Positions 36,274 through 45,430 of a stretch of DNA of 64,000 bases are shown piece by piece. The stretch spans positions 33,515-97,514 of the forward strand of contig JAFSHF010000023.1 of assembly GCA_017440465.1 (NCBI GenBank). Reading direction: 5' to 3'. The position numbers were made by a program, and so were the translations under genes. Origin of the DNA: Clostridia bacterium (GTDB lineage Bacteria; Bacillota; Clostridia; Oscillospirales; QAKW01). The notes under the pieces were generated by a model. It was not told the origin of the DNA. It saw only the letters and a program-made list of their open reading frames with translations, and searched no databases. The stretch's first letter is position 1. Every line of letters starts with the position of its first letter.

Positions 36274-36822
36274 ATGAAAAAATTCAATCGAGATATTATG
36301 GATATTTTGGAATCGGTGGTGATCGCGCTGGTGGCGGTGATGATCATCTTCACCTTGGTCTGCCGTATCTACATTGTCGACGGTCCTTCGATGAACTCCA
36401 CCTTGACCCACGGCGATCGCTTGCTGGTCTCTCAACTGTTCTATACCCCCAAGCAAGGCGACATTGTCTGCTTTGTGGCGGAAAACCATCAGCAGAAGGT
36501 GCTGGTCAAGCGCGTCATTGCGGTGGCAGGGCAGACGGTGGATATCACCCGCGATTATAAAGTGACTGTCGATGGTAAGGTGCTGGACGAACCTTATATC
36601 GATCCCCACCGCGACCATTGCTTTGATATGGACCACGCAGCAGGTTGCACCCATCCCTCCGGCTTGAATTTACCTTATACCGTGCAGGAAGGGGAAGTCT
36701 TTGTCATGGGGGATAACCGCGACAATAGTACCGATAGCCGCCAGCTCGGCGCAGTGGAAGAGAAATACATGCTGGGTAAAATGCTGATTCGCATCTGGCC
36801 CAATACAGGAGTGGTAAAATAA
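36274..36822 (+). CDS. lepB: Signal peptidase I
   Basis: 182 aa. N-terminal TM helix, catalytic Ser box GPSMNSTL, Lys box KRVIAVAG, and GDNRDNSTDSR. Confidence 0.85.
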   Translation: MKKFNRDIMDILESVVIALVAVMIIFTLVCRIYIVDGPSMNSTLTHGDRLLVSQLFYTPKQGDIVCFVAENHQQKVLVKRVIAVAGQTVDITRDYKVTVDGKVLDEPYIDPHRDHCFDMDHAAGCTHPSGLNLPYTVQEGEVFVMGDNRDNSTDSRQLGAVEEKYMLGKMLIRIWPNTGVVK

Positions 36823-37682
36823 TGGGAAATCTTCAAATCCAATGGTATCCCGGCCATATGACCAAGACCAAACGCTATATCGAGAAGAATATCGGTATGG
36901 TGGATCTGGTGATCGAGGTGGCGGATGCGCGGGTGGTGCAAAGCAGCCGCAATCCCGATTTCGATCGGTTATTGGCCAATAAAAAACGGCTGACGGTTCT
37001 GACTAAAAAGGACCTTGCCGATGAAAGAATCAATCAGAAATGGGACGTTTATTTTAAATCCATCGGTGTCCCCGTGTTGTTTTTAAATAGCACCACAGGG
37101 CAGGGTGTATCGGATATTTTGCCCAAGGTGCGGGAGCTTTTGGCGGAGCCGTTGGCACGTGCCAAAGCCAAGGGAATGACCAAAACTATCCGTTTGATGA
37201 TGTGCGGGGTGCCCAATTCCGGCAAAAGTACGCTGATTAATGCCCTTTGCAAGCGTCGCGCCACCGAGGCGCAGGATCGCCCGGGGGTCACCCGCGGCGG
37301 GCAATGGGTCACCCTGCAAAGTGATGTGGAACTTTTGGATACACCGGGTATCTTATGGAATAAATTTGAGGATATGCAGCAGGGCATCCATCTGGCATTG
37401 ACCGGCGCGGTGAAGGACGATGTCGTCGATCGGGAAGGCTTGGCAATGGAGCTGATCGAGATCTTGCAGAAAACCTATCCGCGGGAATTGGAAGCGCGGT
37501 ATAAACTGCCCTGCATCGATGCTATGGAGCCGCTGGAGATCTATGAAGAGATCTGCCGCAAGCGCGGATTTTTGCTCCGCGGCAATGATTTTGATTATAC
37601 CCGCTGTGCCGCGGTTCTTTTGGATGAATTCCGCGGCGGCAAGATCGGCAGGATCTCCTTGGAGGAACCGCCTCATGCTTGA
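36822..37682 (+). CDS. rbgA: Ribosome biogenesis GTPase A (YlqF/RbgA)
   Basis: 286 aa. Circularly permuted GTPase motifs (LTKKDL ... GVPNSGKST ... DTPG). Confidence 0.9.
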   Translation: MGNLQIQWYPGHMTKTKRYIEKNIGMVDLVIEVADARVVQSSRNPDFDRLLANKKRLTVLTKKDLADERINQKWDVYFKSIGVPVLFLNSTTGQGVSDILPKVRELLAEPLARAKAKGMTKTIRLMMCGVPNSGKSTLINALCKRRATEAQDRPGVTRGGQWVTLQSDVELLDTPGILWNKFEDMQQGIHLALTGAVKDDVVDREGLAMELIEILQKTYPRELEARYKLPCIDAMEPLEIYEEICRKRGFLLRGNDFDYTRCAAVLLDEFRGGKIGRISLEEPPHA

Positions 37683-38277
37683 TTATCGCTATGAAGAAGA
37701 ATGCCGCAAGGCAGGCTATCAGAATATCTGCGGTGTGGATGAAGCGGGTAGAGGCTGCCTTTGCGGTCCGGTCTGCGCGGCGGCGGTGATCTTACCGCCC
37801 GATTGGAACCATCCCGCGCTGAACGATTCCAAAAAACTCTCCCCGAAAAAGCGGGAGCAACTCTTTGACATAATCATCGAAAACGCGCTGGCTTATGCCA
37901 TCGGCTGGGGCAGTGTGGAGGAGATCGACGAGATCAATATTTTAAATGCGGCGATGTTGGCGATGCGCCGAGCCATTGCCGATCTGCCGATGAAGGCGGA
38001 TTTTGCGTTGGTGGACGGTAATATCGCAAGAGATTTTTCCATCCCCACCAAAACGATTATCGGCGGCGATGCCTTATCGCCTTCCATCGCGGCGGCTTCC
38101 ATTCTGGCAAAAGTATCCCGCGACCGCCTTTGCGAAGAGATGGATCGGGAATATCCCGAATATAAGATCGGTGCCCATAAGGGCTATTGCACCAAGGTGC
38201 ATCGGGAGGCAATTTTGCAATTCGGACCCGCGCCGATCCATCGCAAAACCTTTTTGAAGAAAATATTGGGGGAATAA
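37675..38277 (+). CDS. rnhB: Ribonuclease HII
   Basis: ORF trimmed to the ATG at 37675 behind GGAGGA. GVDEAGRGCLCGPV active-site motif. Confidence 0.9.
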   Translation: MLDYRYEEECRKAGYQNICGVDEAGRGCLCGPVCAAAVILPPDWNHPALNDSKKLSPKKREQLFDIIIENALAYAIGWGSVEEIDEINILNAAMLAMRRAIADLPMKADFALVDGNIARDFSIPTKTIIGGDALSPSIAAASILAKVSRDRLCEEMDREYPEYKIGAHKGYCTKVHREAILQFGPAPIHRKTFLKKILGE

Positions 38278-38278
38278 A

Positions 38279-38635
38279 ATGAAGGTCTACGGCTTAGGCT
38301 TAAAAGGGGAAGAGGCCGCCAAACGCTATCTGCGTAAAAAGGGCTTCAAACTTCTCGATGCCAATTATCAATGCCGCTTCGGCGAGATCGATATTATTGC
38401 CCGAAAGAGCGATACCATCGTTTTCTGCGAAGTGAAAACCCGCAGCGAAGGGATGCTTGCCGCACCCCAAGAGAGCGTGGACTATTTCAAGCAGCAGAAG
38501 ATGGTCAAAACCGCGCAAATTTGGCTGCAGGTCAAGGGGATCGATGATTGCCCGCTGCGGTTTGACGTTCTTGCCGTAACCGTCAAGAAAGGGAAGGCGG
38601 AAATTGAGCATATCGAGAATGCTATATCAATGTAG
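38279..38635 (+). CDS. YraN-family (UPF0102) endonuclease-like protein
   Basis: 118 aa with the EIDIIA...VFCEVKTR pattern of the YraN family. Confidence 0.75.
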   Translation: MKVYGLGLKGEEAAKRYLRKKGFKLLDANYQCRFGEIDIIARKSDTIVFCEVKTRSEGMLAAPQESVDYFKQQKMVKTAQIWLQVKGIDDCPLRFDVLAVTVKKGKAEIEHIENAISM

Positions 38636-38647
38636 GAGACTCGATTT

Positions 38648-39568
38648 ATGGAAATTTACGGTGATCTTCATTGCGACACCCTTTGGAAATGCTATCGCCG
38701 CAAAAGCGATCTGGACGACCCGTCGTTGAATGTTCGGCGCAACCCGTCTTTTAAGCACCTGCAGACTTATGCTGTCTATATTCCGGACGGCACCGAGGAC
38801 CCTTATGCATATTTTCGCGCGGTCCATACATACGGAGAAGAGGTCCTGCGCCGCTACCCCGATATGCACCTTTGCCATAGCGGCAAGGAGATCGATAAGA
38901 CCTTTGCGGCAGGGCAAACACCGTATATTTACAGTGTCGAAGGCGGCGGATTTTTCGGCGAAGATATGCTGAAAAACGAGCGGATCGCCAAGAATTTAAA
39001 AAAGCGGGGAGTGGCGTTTATCTCCCTTTGCTATAACGACGGAAATCATTTGGCGGGCGGAATTAACGTCGATTTTGGGATGAGCGAACTTGGGAAAAAG
39101 GTGGCATTGCTTTTGAGAGATGCAGGGCTGACGGTGGATATCTCCCATCTCAACCATCGTTCTGCCGACCAGATGCTGGAACTGTTGCCCGATCACGTGG
39201 TCGCCACCCATTCCAATTGCTATGCCCTTAAAGCCCATCCCCGCAACCTCACTGATGAGCAGATCAAAGAACTGATCCGCCGCAAGGGGCTGATGGGGGT
39301 CAATTTCTGCCATCATTTTCTATCTGCACCGAGAGAAGCGAAAATTTCGGATATCATCGACCATTTTCGCCATATTTTGAAACTCGGCGGTCAATCCGTT
39401 GCCGCCATCGGCGGGGATTTCGACGGAATATCCCGCGTACCGATCGATCTGCCGGATCTCTATGCTGTTGCCGATCTGGGTATTGCATTAGAAAAAGAAT
39501 TTGGAGCAGAAATTGCCGATAAAATTCTCTACGGAAATATGAAAGATTATATTGATCGTGTCTTATAA
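38648..39568 (+). CDS. Membrane (renal-type, M19) dipeptidase family protein
   Basis: 306 aa with the N-terminal DLHCDTL motif and an HSNC metal-ligand region. Confidence 0.75.
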   Translation: MEIYGDLHCDTLWKCYRRKSDLDDPSLNVRRNPSFKHLQTYAVYIPDGTEDPYAYFRAVHTYGEEVLRRYPDMHLCHSGKEIDKTFAAGQTPYIYSVEGGGFFGEDMLKNERIAKNLKKRGVAFISLCYNDGNHLAGGINVDFGMSELGKKVALLLRDAGLTVDISHLNHRSADQMLELLPDHVVATHSNCYALKAHPRNLTDEQIKELIRRKGLMGVNFCHHFLSAPREAKISDIIDHFRHILKLGGQSVAAIGGDFDGISRVPIDLPDLYAVADLGIALEKEFGAEIADKILYGNMKDYIDRVL

Positions 39569-39570
39569 GT

Positions 39571-39597
39571 AAAATGCCGACATTCGTCGGCATTTTT
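39571..39597. terminator. Bidirectional terminator
   Basis: AAAATGCCGAC-ATTC-GTCGGCATTTT. Confidence 0.75.
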
Positions 39598-39607
39598 AGG
39601 GAAGGAT

Positions 39608-39769
39608 TTATTTTTCCTTATAGGTTTTGCAGAAGGTATCTGCGCTGCTGGTGCAACCGACACAGTTGCAAACTTCGATTTTCTCGGCGGTGCACTTATC
39701 ACCTTTGGTGTGATAATGGCAGTTCTCTACCTTGCAGTCAACGCCTAAGTTTACAGGATTATTGTTCAT
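39608..39769 (-). CDS. DUF1540-family small Cys-rich protein
   Basis: 53-aa ORF not in the track, with AAAGGAGAG upstream. Sequence MNNNPVNLGVDCKVENCHYHTKGDKCTAEKIEVCNCVGCTSSADTFCKTYKEK matches the CxxxNCxY...C..A..I.V pattern of DUF1540. Confidence 0.6.
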   Translation of the reverse strand: MNNNPVNLGVDCKVENCHYHTKGDKCTAEKIEVCNCVGCTSSADTFCKTYKEK

Positions 39770-39844
39770 TGTTTTCAAACTCTCCTTTCCGAGAGTTAGT
39801 ATGAGCAGAAAAAGAAAGAATATTCAAAAAAGGAGGGGAGCATT

Positions 39845-40618
39845 TTGGCAATCTTCGTGTTGGGTGATCCGCACCTTTCGCTTTCCGGCGAAAAACCGAT
39901 GGATGTCTTCGGCAGCCGATGGGCAGACCACGCGCAAAAAATCAAAAATCATTGGCTGGCAACCGTTCGGGAAGAAGATACGGTGGTTTTGGCGGGCGAC
40001 ATCAGCTGGGCAATGTCCTTAAAGGATGCGGAAGCAGATCTTCGCTTTTTCCATGATCTGCCCGGCAAAAAGATCCTCTTAAAAGGCAACCACGATTATT
40101 GGTGGGAAACGGTCGCCAAAATGACCCGCTTTTTTGAAGAGCGCAAATGGGAGGATTTTTTCATCCTTTTCAATAATTCCTATGAAGTCGACGGAGTAAC
40201 GCTTTGCGGAACGCGGGGCTGGGATGTGGATTGCTTTGATGAGCAGGCGCAAAAAATGCTCCCGCGGGAGATGCAGCGATTGGAACATTCGCTGGAGTCG
40301 GCGCAGGGAAAAGGGGAGAAGATCGTCTTCTTCCATCATCCGCCCGTCAGCGATGCCCACGATCCCTTTTTGCCGATCTTAAAGAAGTTTGGGGTGCGCC
40401 GCGTCTACTACGGTCATCTCCACGGCGGTAAAGCGATCTGCACCAAACCGTTTATTAAAAACGGTATCGAATATACCTTGATTTCGGCGGACGCGTTGGG
40501 TTTTCAACCGCTGAAAATTCCGCAAAATCTGTCGAAAATTGGGAAAATGCAGCAAATTCGCCAAAAAATGAAGGAAATTTGGGCGAAAGTTCTCTCTCAA
40601 TTTGGGCATAGGTGTTGA
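39845..40618 (+). CDS. Calcineurin-like metallophosphoesterase
   Basis: 257 aa with a TTG start behind AGGAGGGGA. Motifs GDPH, GDISW, GNHDYW and GHLH. Confidence 0.7.
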   Translation: MAIFVLGDPHLSLSGEKPMDVFGSRWADHAQKIKNHWLATVREEDTVVLAGDISWAMSLKDAEADLRFFHDLPGKKILLKGNHDYWWETVAKMTRFFEERKWEDFFILFNNSYEVDGVTLCGTRGWDVDCFDEQAQKMLPREMQRLEHSLESAQGKGEKIVFFHHPPVSDAHDPFLPILKKFGVRRVYYGHLHGGKAICTKPFIKNGIEYTLISADALGFQPLKIPQNLSKIGKMQQIRQKMKEIWAKVLSQFGHRC

Positions 40619-40682
40619 CTTTTTTTGGTATTAATTATAAAATAATAGAGTTATTAGGCAAAAATATGGAGGTACTAATAGG

Positions 40683-42086
40683 ATGCAAGTAAAAGAAGTT
40701 AAAAAACTTGAAAACAGTCTGGTTGAGCTGACCATCGAGGTCAAGGGCGAAGAATTCAAGAACGCAGTCGATGCCGCGTTCAAAAAGAACATCGCCAAGA
40801 TCACCGTCCCCGGTTTCAGAAAGGGCAAGGCTCCCCGCAAGGTTGTGGAGCGTATGTACGGCGAAGGCGTTTTCTTTGAAGATGCTGTCAATGCGCTGTA
40901 TCCCGATGCTTATGACGCAGCGGTGAAGGAAGCCGACCTGAAGGTCGTTGCCCGCCCCGAGATCGAAATTACCGAGGTGGATGCCGAAGGCTTTAGTTTC
41001 AAAGCGGTCGTCACCGTCAAGCCCGAAGTGACTGTTAAGGAATATAAAGGTTTAAAAGCCACCAAAACCGTCTATACTGTAACCGAGTCCGAAGTGAAGG
41101 CGGAGTTGGAGCGTCTGCAGAAGCAGAACGAGCGCACCATCGTTGTCGAGCGTGAATCCAAGGACGGCGATACTGTAAACATTAATTTCGACGGTTCTGT
41201 CGATGGCGTTCATTTCGATGGCGGCAAGGGCGAGAACTATGATCTGGTTCTCGGTTCCAATAGCTTCATCCCCGGCTTTGAGCCCCAGCTGGTCGGCAAA
41301 AAAGCAGGCGAGGATGTCAAGGTAGAAGTGACCTTCCCCGAAGAGTATCATGCAGAAGAACTGAAGGGTAAGGCAGCCATCTTTGATTGCCATATCAACG
41401 AAGTTAAAGAAACCGAAGTTCCCGAGTTGGATGATGAGTTTGCCAAGGATGTCAGCGAGTTCGATACTCTGGCAGAGCTGAAAAAGGATATCAAAAAGAA
41501 GATCAAGGAGCGCAAGGATGCTCAGTCCGCAAACGAACTTGATAACGCTCTGATCGATGCTCTTCTGGAGCAGACCGAAGTTGCCATTCCCGATGCCATG
41601 GTGCAGTCCGCGGTCGATAATAAGGTTGCTGAATTTGAACAGCGCCTTGCAGGCTCCGGCTTGAATATGCAGATGTATCTGCAGTATACCGGTATGGACG
41701 AAGCCGCGTTCCGCAAGGGCTTTGAAGAAGATGCCGAAAAGCAGACCAAGGTCCGCTTGGCTCTGGAGAAGGTCGTTGAGCTGGCCGGCGTTGTTGTTGC
41801 TGAGGAAGATATCGAGAAGGAATACAGCGATATCGCCGCCGCCTACGGTATGCCCGTAGACCAGGTCAAGATGTACCTGCCCAAAGAAGATATCACCATG
41901 GATTGCGCTGTTTCCAAGGCTGTTGAGCTGATCCGCAACAATGCGGAGGTTACCGAAGAGAAGGCAACCGCCAAGAAGACCGCAACCAAAAAGCCCGCCG
42001 CAAAGAGCGAAGGCGAAAAGAAACCGGCAGCGAAAAAGCCCGCCGCAAAGAAAACAACCGCTAAGAAGGAAGAGCCCAAAGAGTAA
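40683..42086 (+). CDS. tig: Trigger factor with a Lys/Ala-rich C-terminal extension
   Basis: 467 aa. N-terminal ribosome-binding motif GFRKGKAP and a central FKBP domain. The tail is KKTATKKPAAKSEGEKKPAAKKPAAKKTTAKKEEPKE. Confidence 0.9.
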   Translation: MQVKEVKKLENSLVELTIEVKGEEFKNAVDAAFKKNIAKITVPGFRKGKAPRKVVERMYGEGVFFEDAVNALYPDAYDAAVKEADLKVVARPEIEITEVDAEGFSFKAVVTVKPEVTVKEYKGLKATKTVYTVTESEVKAELERLQKQNERTIVVERESKDGDTVNINFDGSVDGVHFDGGKGENYDLVLGSNSFIPGFEPQLVGKKAGEDVKVEVTFPEEYHAEELKGKAAIFDCHINEVKETEVPELDDEFAKDVSEFDTLAELKKDIKKKIKERKDAQSANELDNALIDALLEQTEVAIPDAMVQSAVDNKVAEFEQRLAGSGLNMQMYLQYTGMDEAAFRKGFEEDAEKQTKVRLALEKVVELAGVVVAEEDIEKEYSDIAAAYGMPVDQVKMYLPKEDITMDCAVSKAVELIRNNAEVTEEKATAKKTATKKPAAKSEGEKKPAAKKPAAKKTTAKKEEPKE

Positions 42087-42116
42087 TCCTTCTTTTTACC
42101 AAAAAGGAGTTTATCT

Positions 42117-42698
42117 ATGAGTTTAGTGCCAATGGTAGTGGAGCAAACCGGCCACGGTGAGCGTTCCTATGATATTTATTCCCGCCTGCTGAATGATCGT
42201 ATCATCATTCTGGCGGAAGAGGTCAACGATACCACCGCAAGTCTGGTCATCGCTCAGCTGCTCTATTTGGAAAGCCAGGATCCTGATAAGGATATCAGCT
42301 TCTATATCAATTCCCCCGGCGGCTCGGTCACCGCAGGCTTGGCCATTTTTGATACGATGCAGTATATCAAATGCGATGTATCTACTATTTGTATCGGAAT
42401 GGCGGCAAGCATGGGCGCATTTTTGCTCGCCGCAGGCGCGAAGGGCAAGCGTTATTGCTTGCCCAACAGCGAAGTGATGATCCATCAACCGCTGGGCGGT
42501 ATCGCAGGCAGTGCCACCGATGTGGAGATCCGCAATCGGAACCTGAAGAAAACCAAGGATAAACTCAATAAGATGTTGGCGGATTTCACCGGAAAAAGTC
42601 TGGAAGAGATCGTTCGGGATACCGACCGCGATAATTTCCTGACCGCGGAAGAAGCAAAAGCCTATGGCTTGGTGGATGAGGTCATCGCCCATCGATAA
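42117..42698 (+). CDS. clpP: ATP-dependent Clp protease proteolytic subunit
   Basis: 193 aa with catalytic Ser in GMAASMGAF and His in VMIHQP. Confidence 0.95.
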   Translation: MSLVPMVVEQTGHGERSYDIYSRLLNDRIIILAEEVNDTTASLVIAQLLYLESQDPDKDISFYINSPGGSVTAGLAIFDTMQYIKCDVSTICIGMAASMGAFLLAAGAKGKRYCLPNSEVMIHQPLGGIAGSATDVEIRNRNLKKTKDKLNKMLADFTGKSLEEIVRDTDRDNFLTAEEAKAYGLVDEVIAHR

Positions 42699-42816
42699 AG
42701 ACTGTCAAAAAAGTCCCCGACCGCAGAAAAAGAAAAAATTAAAAGCAGTGGAGACCAATTTATAAAGTTTTTCATAGAGAAGGGGTTATACTCTTTCTCT
42801 ATGTTCTTTTATAAGG

Positions 42817-42846
42817 AAAAAATCCGCATAGTAATGCGGATTTTGA
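42817..42846 (+). terminator. Terminator after clpP
   Basis: AAAATCCGCAT-AGTA-ATGCGGATTTT. Confidence 0.7.
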
Positions 42847-43089
42847 TTGGATTTTTTCTGCTATCCGCCAAACCGCTCTCTACCGTGCGTCAGAACCAAT
42901 GAAAACCGCTCCATTTGCCAAAGGGCAAAAATCCGCTATTATCATTGGCTCTTCCTTTTCCCCAACAAAACCTCGGTTTTGTCGGGGACCCCGTGAATTA
43001 CGCCGACGAGAACGGTTTGACGAATTCGGAAACATTTTTGCTCAGTCTTCCCAGCGTGTCAAACAATATTTCTAAGGAGTCATTCTTGA

Positions 43090-44355
43090 ATGTCTGATCA
43101 TAAGAAAAATAGCTGCTCGTTTTGCGGGCGGTCTGCCAAAGAAGCCCATCTGATCGAAGGGTTGGATGCAATGATCTGTACCGATTGCGTAGAGCTTTGT
43201 ATGACCATTTTGGTAGAAAATGGGTATCATCCCCATAGCCATCCCGAATATCATAAGGGCAAGAATAAGAAAAAAGAAGATCAGCAGATCCATGTCCATA
43301 AACCGCAGGAGATCAAGCGGTTTTTGGATGAATATGTCATCGGGCAGGAGCGGGCGAAGATCGCCCTATCCGTCGCGGTGTATAACCATTATAAGCGGAT
43401 TCTGAACGAGGCTGCCGATGAAGACGGTGTAGAACTCCAAAAGAGCAATATTCTTTTGGTCGGTCCCACCGGCAGCGGAAAGACCTATCTTGCCAAAACC
43501 TTGGCAAAGATCTTGAACGTTCCCTTTGCCATCGCCGATGCCACCACCTTGACCGAGGCGGGCTATGTGGGCGAAGATGTGGAGAATATCTTGCTCAAGT
43601 TGTTGCAGGCGGCGGATTTTGATGTGGATCGCGCCCAAAAGGGCATCATCTATGTGGATGAGATCGATAAGATCGCCCGCAAGAGTGAGAATGTGTCCAT
43701 CACCCGCGATGTCAGCGGCGAAGGGGTGCAGCAAGCTCTGCTGAAGATTGTGGAGGGAACGGTCGCCAATGTTCCGCCCCAAGGCGGCAGAAAGCATCCC
43801 AACCAAGAATTTATCCAGATCGATACCTCCAATATTCTCTTTATCTGCGGCGGTTCCTTTGATGGAATTCAAAGCGTGGTCAAAAAGCGGATCGGTAAAT
43901 CGGCGGTCGGCTTTGGCGCGCAGATCCAAAGCAAGGAAGGGCCTTCTCTCAGCGAAATCTATCAACGGCTGGAAAGCCATGATATCGCCAAATTCGGTGT
44001 CATTCCCGAATTGGTGGGCCGCTTGCCGGTGCTGGTTACCTTGGATGAGCTGGATGAAGAGGCAATGCTTAAGATTTTAAGCGAGCCGAAAAATGCTATC
44101 GTCAAGCAGTATAAAAAACTCTTTGCGCTGGATCATGTGGAGTTGGAATTTACCGACGATGCCTTAAAGGCGATCGCCGAAAAGACCATCAAGCAAAAGA
44201 CCGGTGCGCGCGGGTTGCGTGCAATTATTGAAAATACAATGATGGATATTATGTACCGCGTTCCTTCGATGGAGAACGTCCGAAAGGTCACCGTCGACCG
44301 TCCCTTTGTTTTAGGGGAAGGGGAAGCGGTCATAGAGGAAATGAACAATGAGTAA
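43090..44355 (+). CDS. clpX: ATP-dependent Clp protease ATP-binding subunit ClpX
   Basis: 421 aa. Zinc ribbon CSFCG...CTDC and Walker A GPTGSGKT. Confidence 0.95.
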   Translation: MSDHKKNSCSFCGRSAKEAHLIEGLDAMICTDCVELCMTILVENGYHPHSHPEYHKGKNKKKEDQQIHVHKPQEIKRFLDEYVIGQERAKIALSVAVYNHYKRILNEAADEDGVELQKSNILLVGPTGSGKTYLAKTLAKILNVPFAIADATTLTEAGYVGEDVENILLKLLQAADFDVDRAQKGIIYVDEIDKIARKSENVSITRDVSGEGVQQALLKIVEGTVANVPPQGGRKHPNQEFIQIDTSNILFICGGSFDGIQSVVKKRIGKSAVGFGAQIQSKEGPSLSEIYQRLESHDIAKFGVIPELVGRLPVLVTLDELDEEAMLKILSEPKNAIVKQYKKLFALDHVELEFTDDALKAIAEKTIKQKTGARGLRAIIENTMMDIMYRVPSMENVRKVTVDRPFVLGEGEAVIEEMNNE

Positions 44356-44923
44356 GAATTTTTTTTCGATGTTGTTTCGAATGAAATATATCGATCGCTG
44401 GGCGTTGATGCGCAATTCCCGCGCCGAAACGCTGACCGAGCATACTTTAGAAACCGCCGTTTTGGCGCACGCCCTCGCTGTGATAGCCAATGAGCGTTGT
44501 GGAAAAGCCTATAATGTGGATCGCGCGGCGGTGTTGGGAATGTTCCACGATGCCCATGAGATCTTAACCGGCGATATGCCCACACCGGTGAAATATCAAA
44601 ACCCCTCGATCGAATCGGCGTTTAAAGGGGTAGAGGAGGCGGCAAATGATCAGCTGCTTTCGATGCTCCCCGACGATTTGAAGCCGACCTATGCACCGCT
44701 CCTGCGGGAAGAGGATAATGAACTGCGCCCGCTGATCAAAGCGGCAGATAAATTATCGGCGTTGATCAAATGCATTGAAGAGCGCAAAGCAGGAAATATG
44801 GAATTTCAATCGGCGGAAAAATCGCTGAGGGAAATCCTTTCCAAGATGCCTTTGGATGAAGTGAAGATCTTTATGGAAGAATTTCTGCCTGCCTTTGAAT
44901 TGACGTTGGATGAGATGAGATGA
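44348..44923 (+). CDS. HD-domain 5'-deoxynucleotidase (YfbR-like)
   Basis: 191 aa. N-terminal RMKYIDRW...E.L.EH and an HD motif (FHDAHE). 8-nt overlap with clpX. Confidence 0.7.
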   Translation: MSKNFFSMLFRMKYIDRWALMRNSRAETLTEHTLETAVLAHALAVIANERCGKAYNVDRAAVLGMFHDAHEILTGDMPTPVKYQNPSIESAFKGVEEAANDQLLSMLPDDLKPTYAPLLREEDNELRPLIKAADKLSALIKCIEERKAGNMEFQSAEKSLREILSKMPLDEVKIFMEEFLPAFELTLDEMR

Positions 44924-44927
44924 AAAT

Positions 44928-44968
44928 AAAAGCCACTAAATCAAAAAAGATTTAGTGGCTTTGTTTTA
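44928..44968 (+). terminator. Intrinsic terminator
   Basis: 14-bp stem AAAGCCACTAAATC-AAAAAA-GATTTAGTGGCTTT followed by a T-rich tract. Confidence 0.75.
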
Positions 44969-45179
44969 TTGTATTGTTTGCTAATAAATCACAGCGAAGC
45001 TGTGTATGTAATCATCACGAACTGATGAATGTAATTGCAACTTTAGTTGCGTATGTAATCAAACCCGAAGGAGTTTCCGCCCATACACCTAACGGTGATG
45101 CCATGCTGTGCTCCGCACAAATTACATACAATTCGCATTACGCGAATTGATTACATCCTCAAACCCCTCGGGTTTGAAT

Positions 45180-45212
45180 AAAAAAACCTCGTTCTGAGAA
45201 CGAGGTTTTTTT
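45180..45212. terminator. Bidirectional terminator adjacent to tRNA-Gln
   Basis: A7-CCTCGTTC-TGA-GAACGAGG-T7. Confidence 0.8.
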
Positions 45213-45288
45213 GGCTGGGATAGCAGGACTCGAACCTGCGGAATGACGGAGTCAGAATCCGTTGCCTTACCAACTTGGCTATATCCCA
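45212..45288 (-). tRNA. tRNA-Gln (anticodon CUG)
   Basis: Reverse complement TGGGATATAGCCAAGTTGGTAAGGCAACGGATTCTGACTCCGTCATTCCGCAGGTTCGAGTCCTGCTATCCCAGCCA. Anticodon loop TT-CTG-AC and an encoded CCA. Confidence 0.9.
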
Positions 45289-45301
45289 ACGAACGTTCAA
45301 T

Positions 45302-45330
45302 ATTATATCAAACAAAATTCCATTTGTAAA
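45302..45330 (-). promoter_or_regulatory. Promoter of tRNA-Gln
   Basis: On the - strand: TTTACA, 17 nt, TATAAT, with a TGa extended -10. Confidence 0.55.
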
Positions 45331-45369
45331 GTAAATTTTTGAACAAATATAAAATATTTTTCATTATGG

Positions 45370-45398
45370 TTGACATAAATCAAAGAAAACATTATAAT
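45370..45398 (+). promoter_or_regulatory. Promoter of the phosphodiester glycosidase gene
   Basis: TTGACA, 17 nt, TATAAT. Confidence 0.6.
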
Positions 45399-45430
45399 TC
45401 TAAGAGTGTGTAATATTAAAATAATGATAG

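Noticed and set aside
42915-43097. 60-aa + strand ORF in the clpP-clpX spacer
   Set aside because: It has a TTG start without an RBS, overlaps the clpX start region, and its translation has no recognisable features.
45003-45060. Possible mini-CRISPR (10-nt repeats with 13-14-nt spacers)
   Set aside because: The repeats and spacers are far too short, the spacers are themselves perfect hairpins, inverted copies follow, and there are no cas genes in the window.
45098-45181. 27-codon ORF MPCCAPHKLHTIRITRIDYILKPLGFE inside the hairpin array, plus a 31-codon ORF on the opposite strand
   Set aside because: Neither has an adequately spaced RBS. Both are built from the hairpin and motif repeats themselves. 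There is no maturation or export genes nearby that would suggest a peptide locus.
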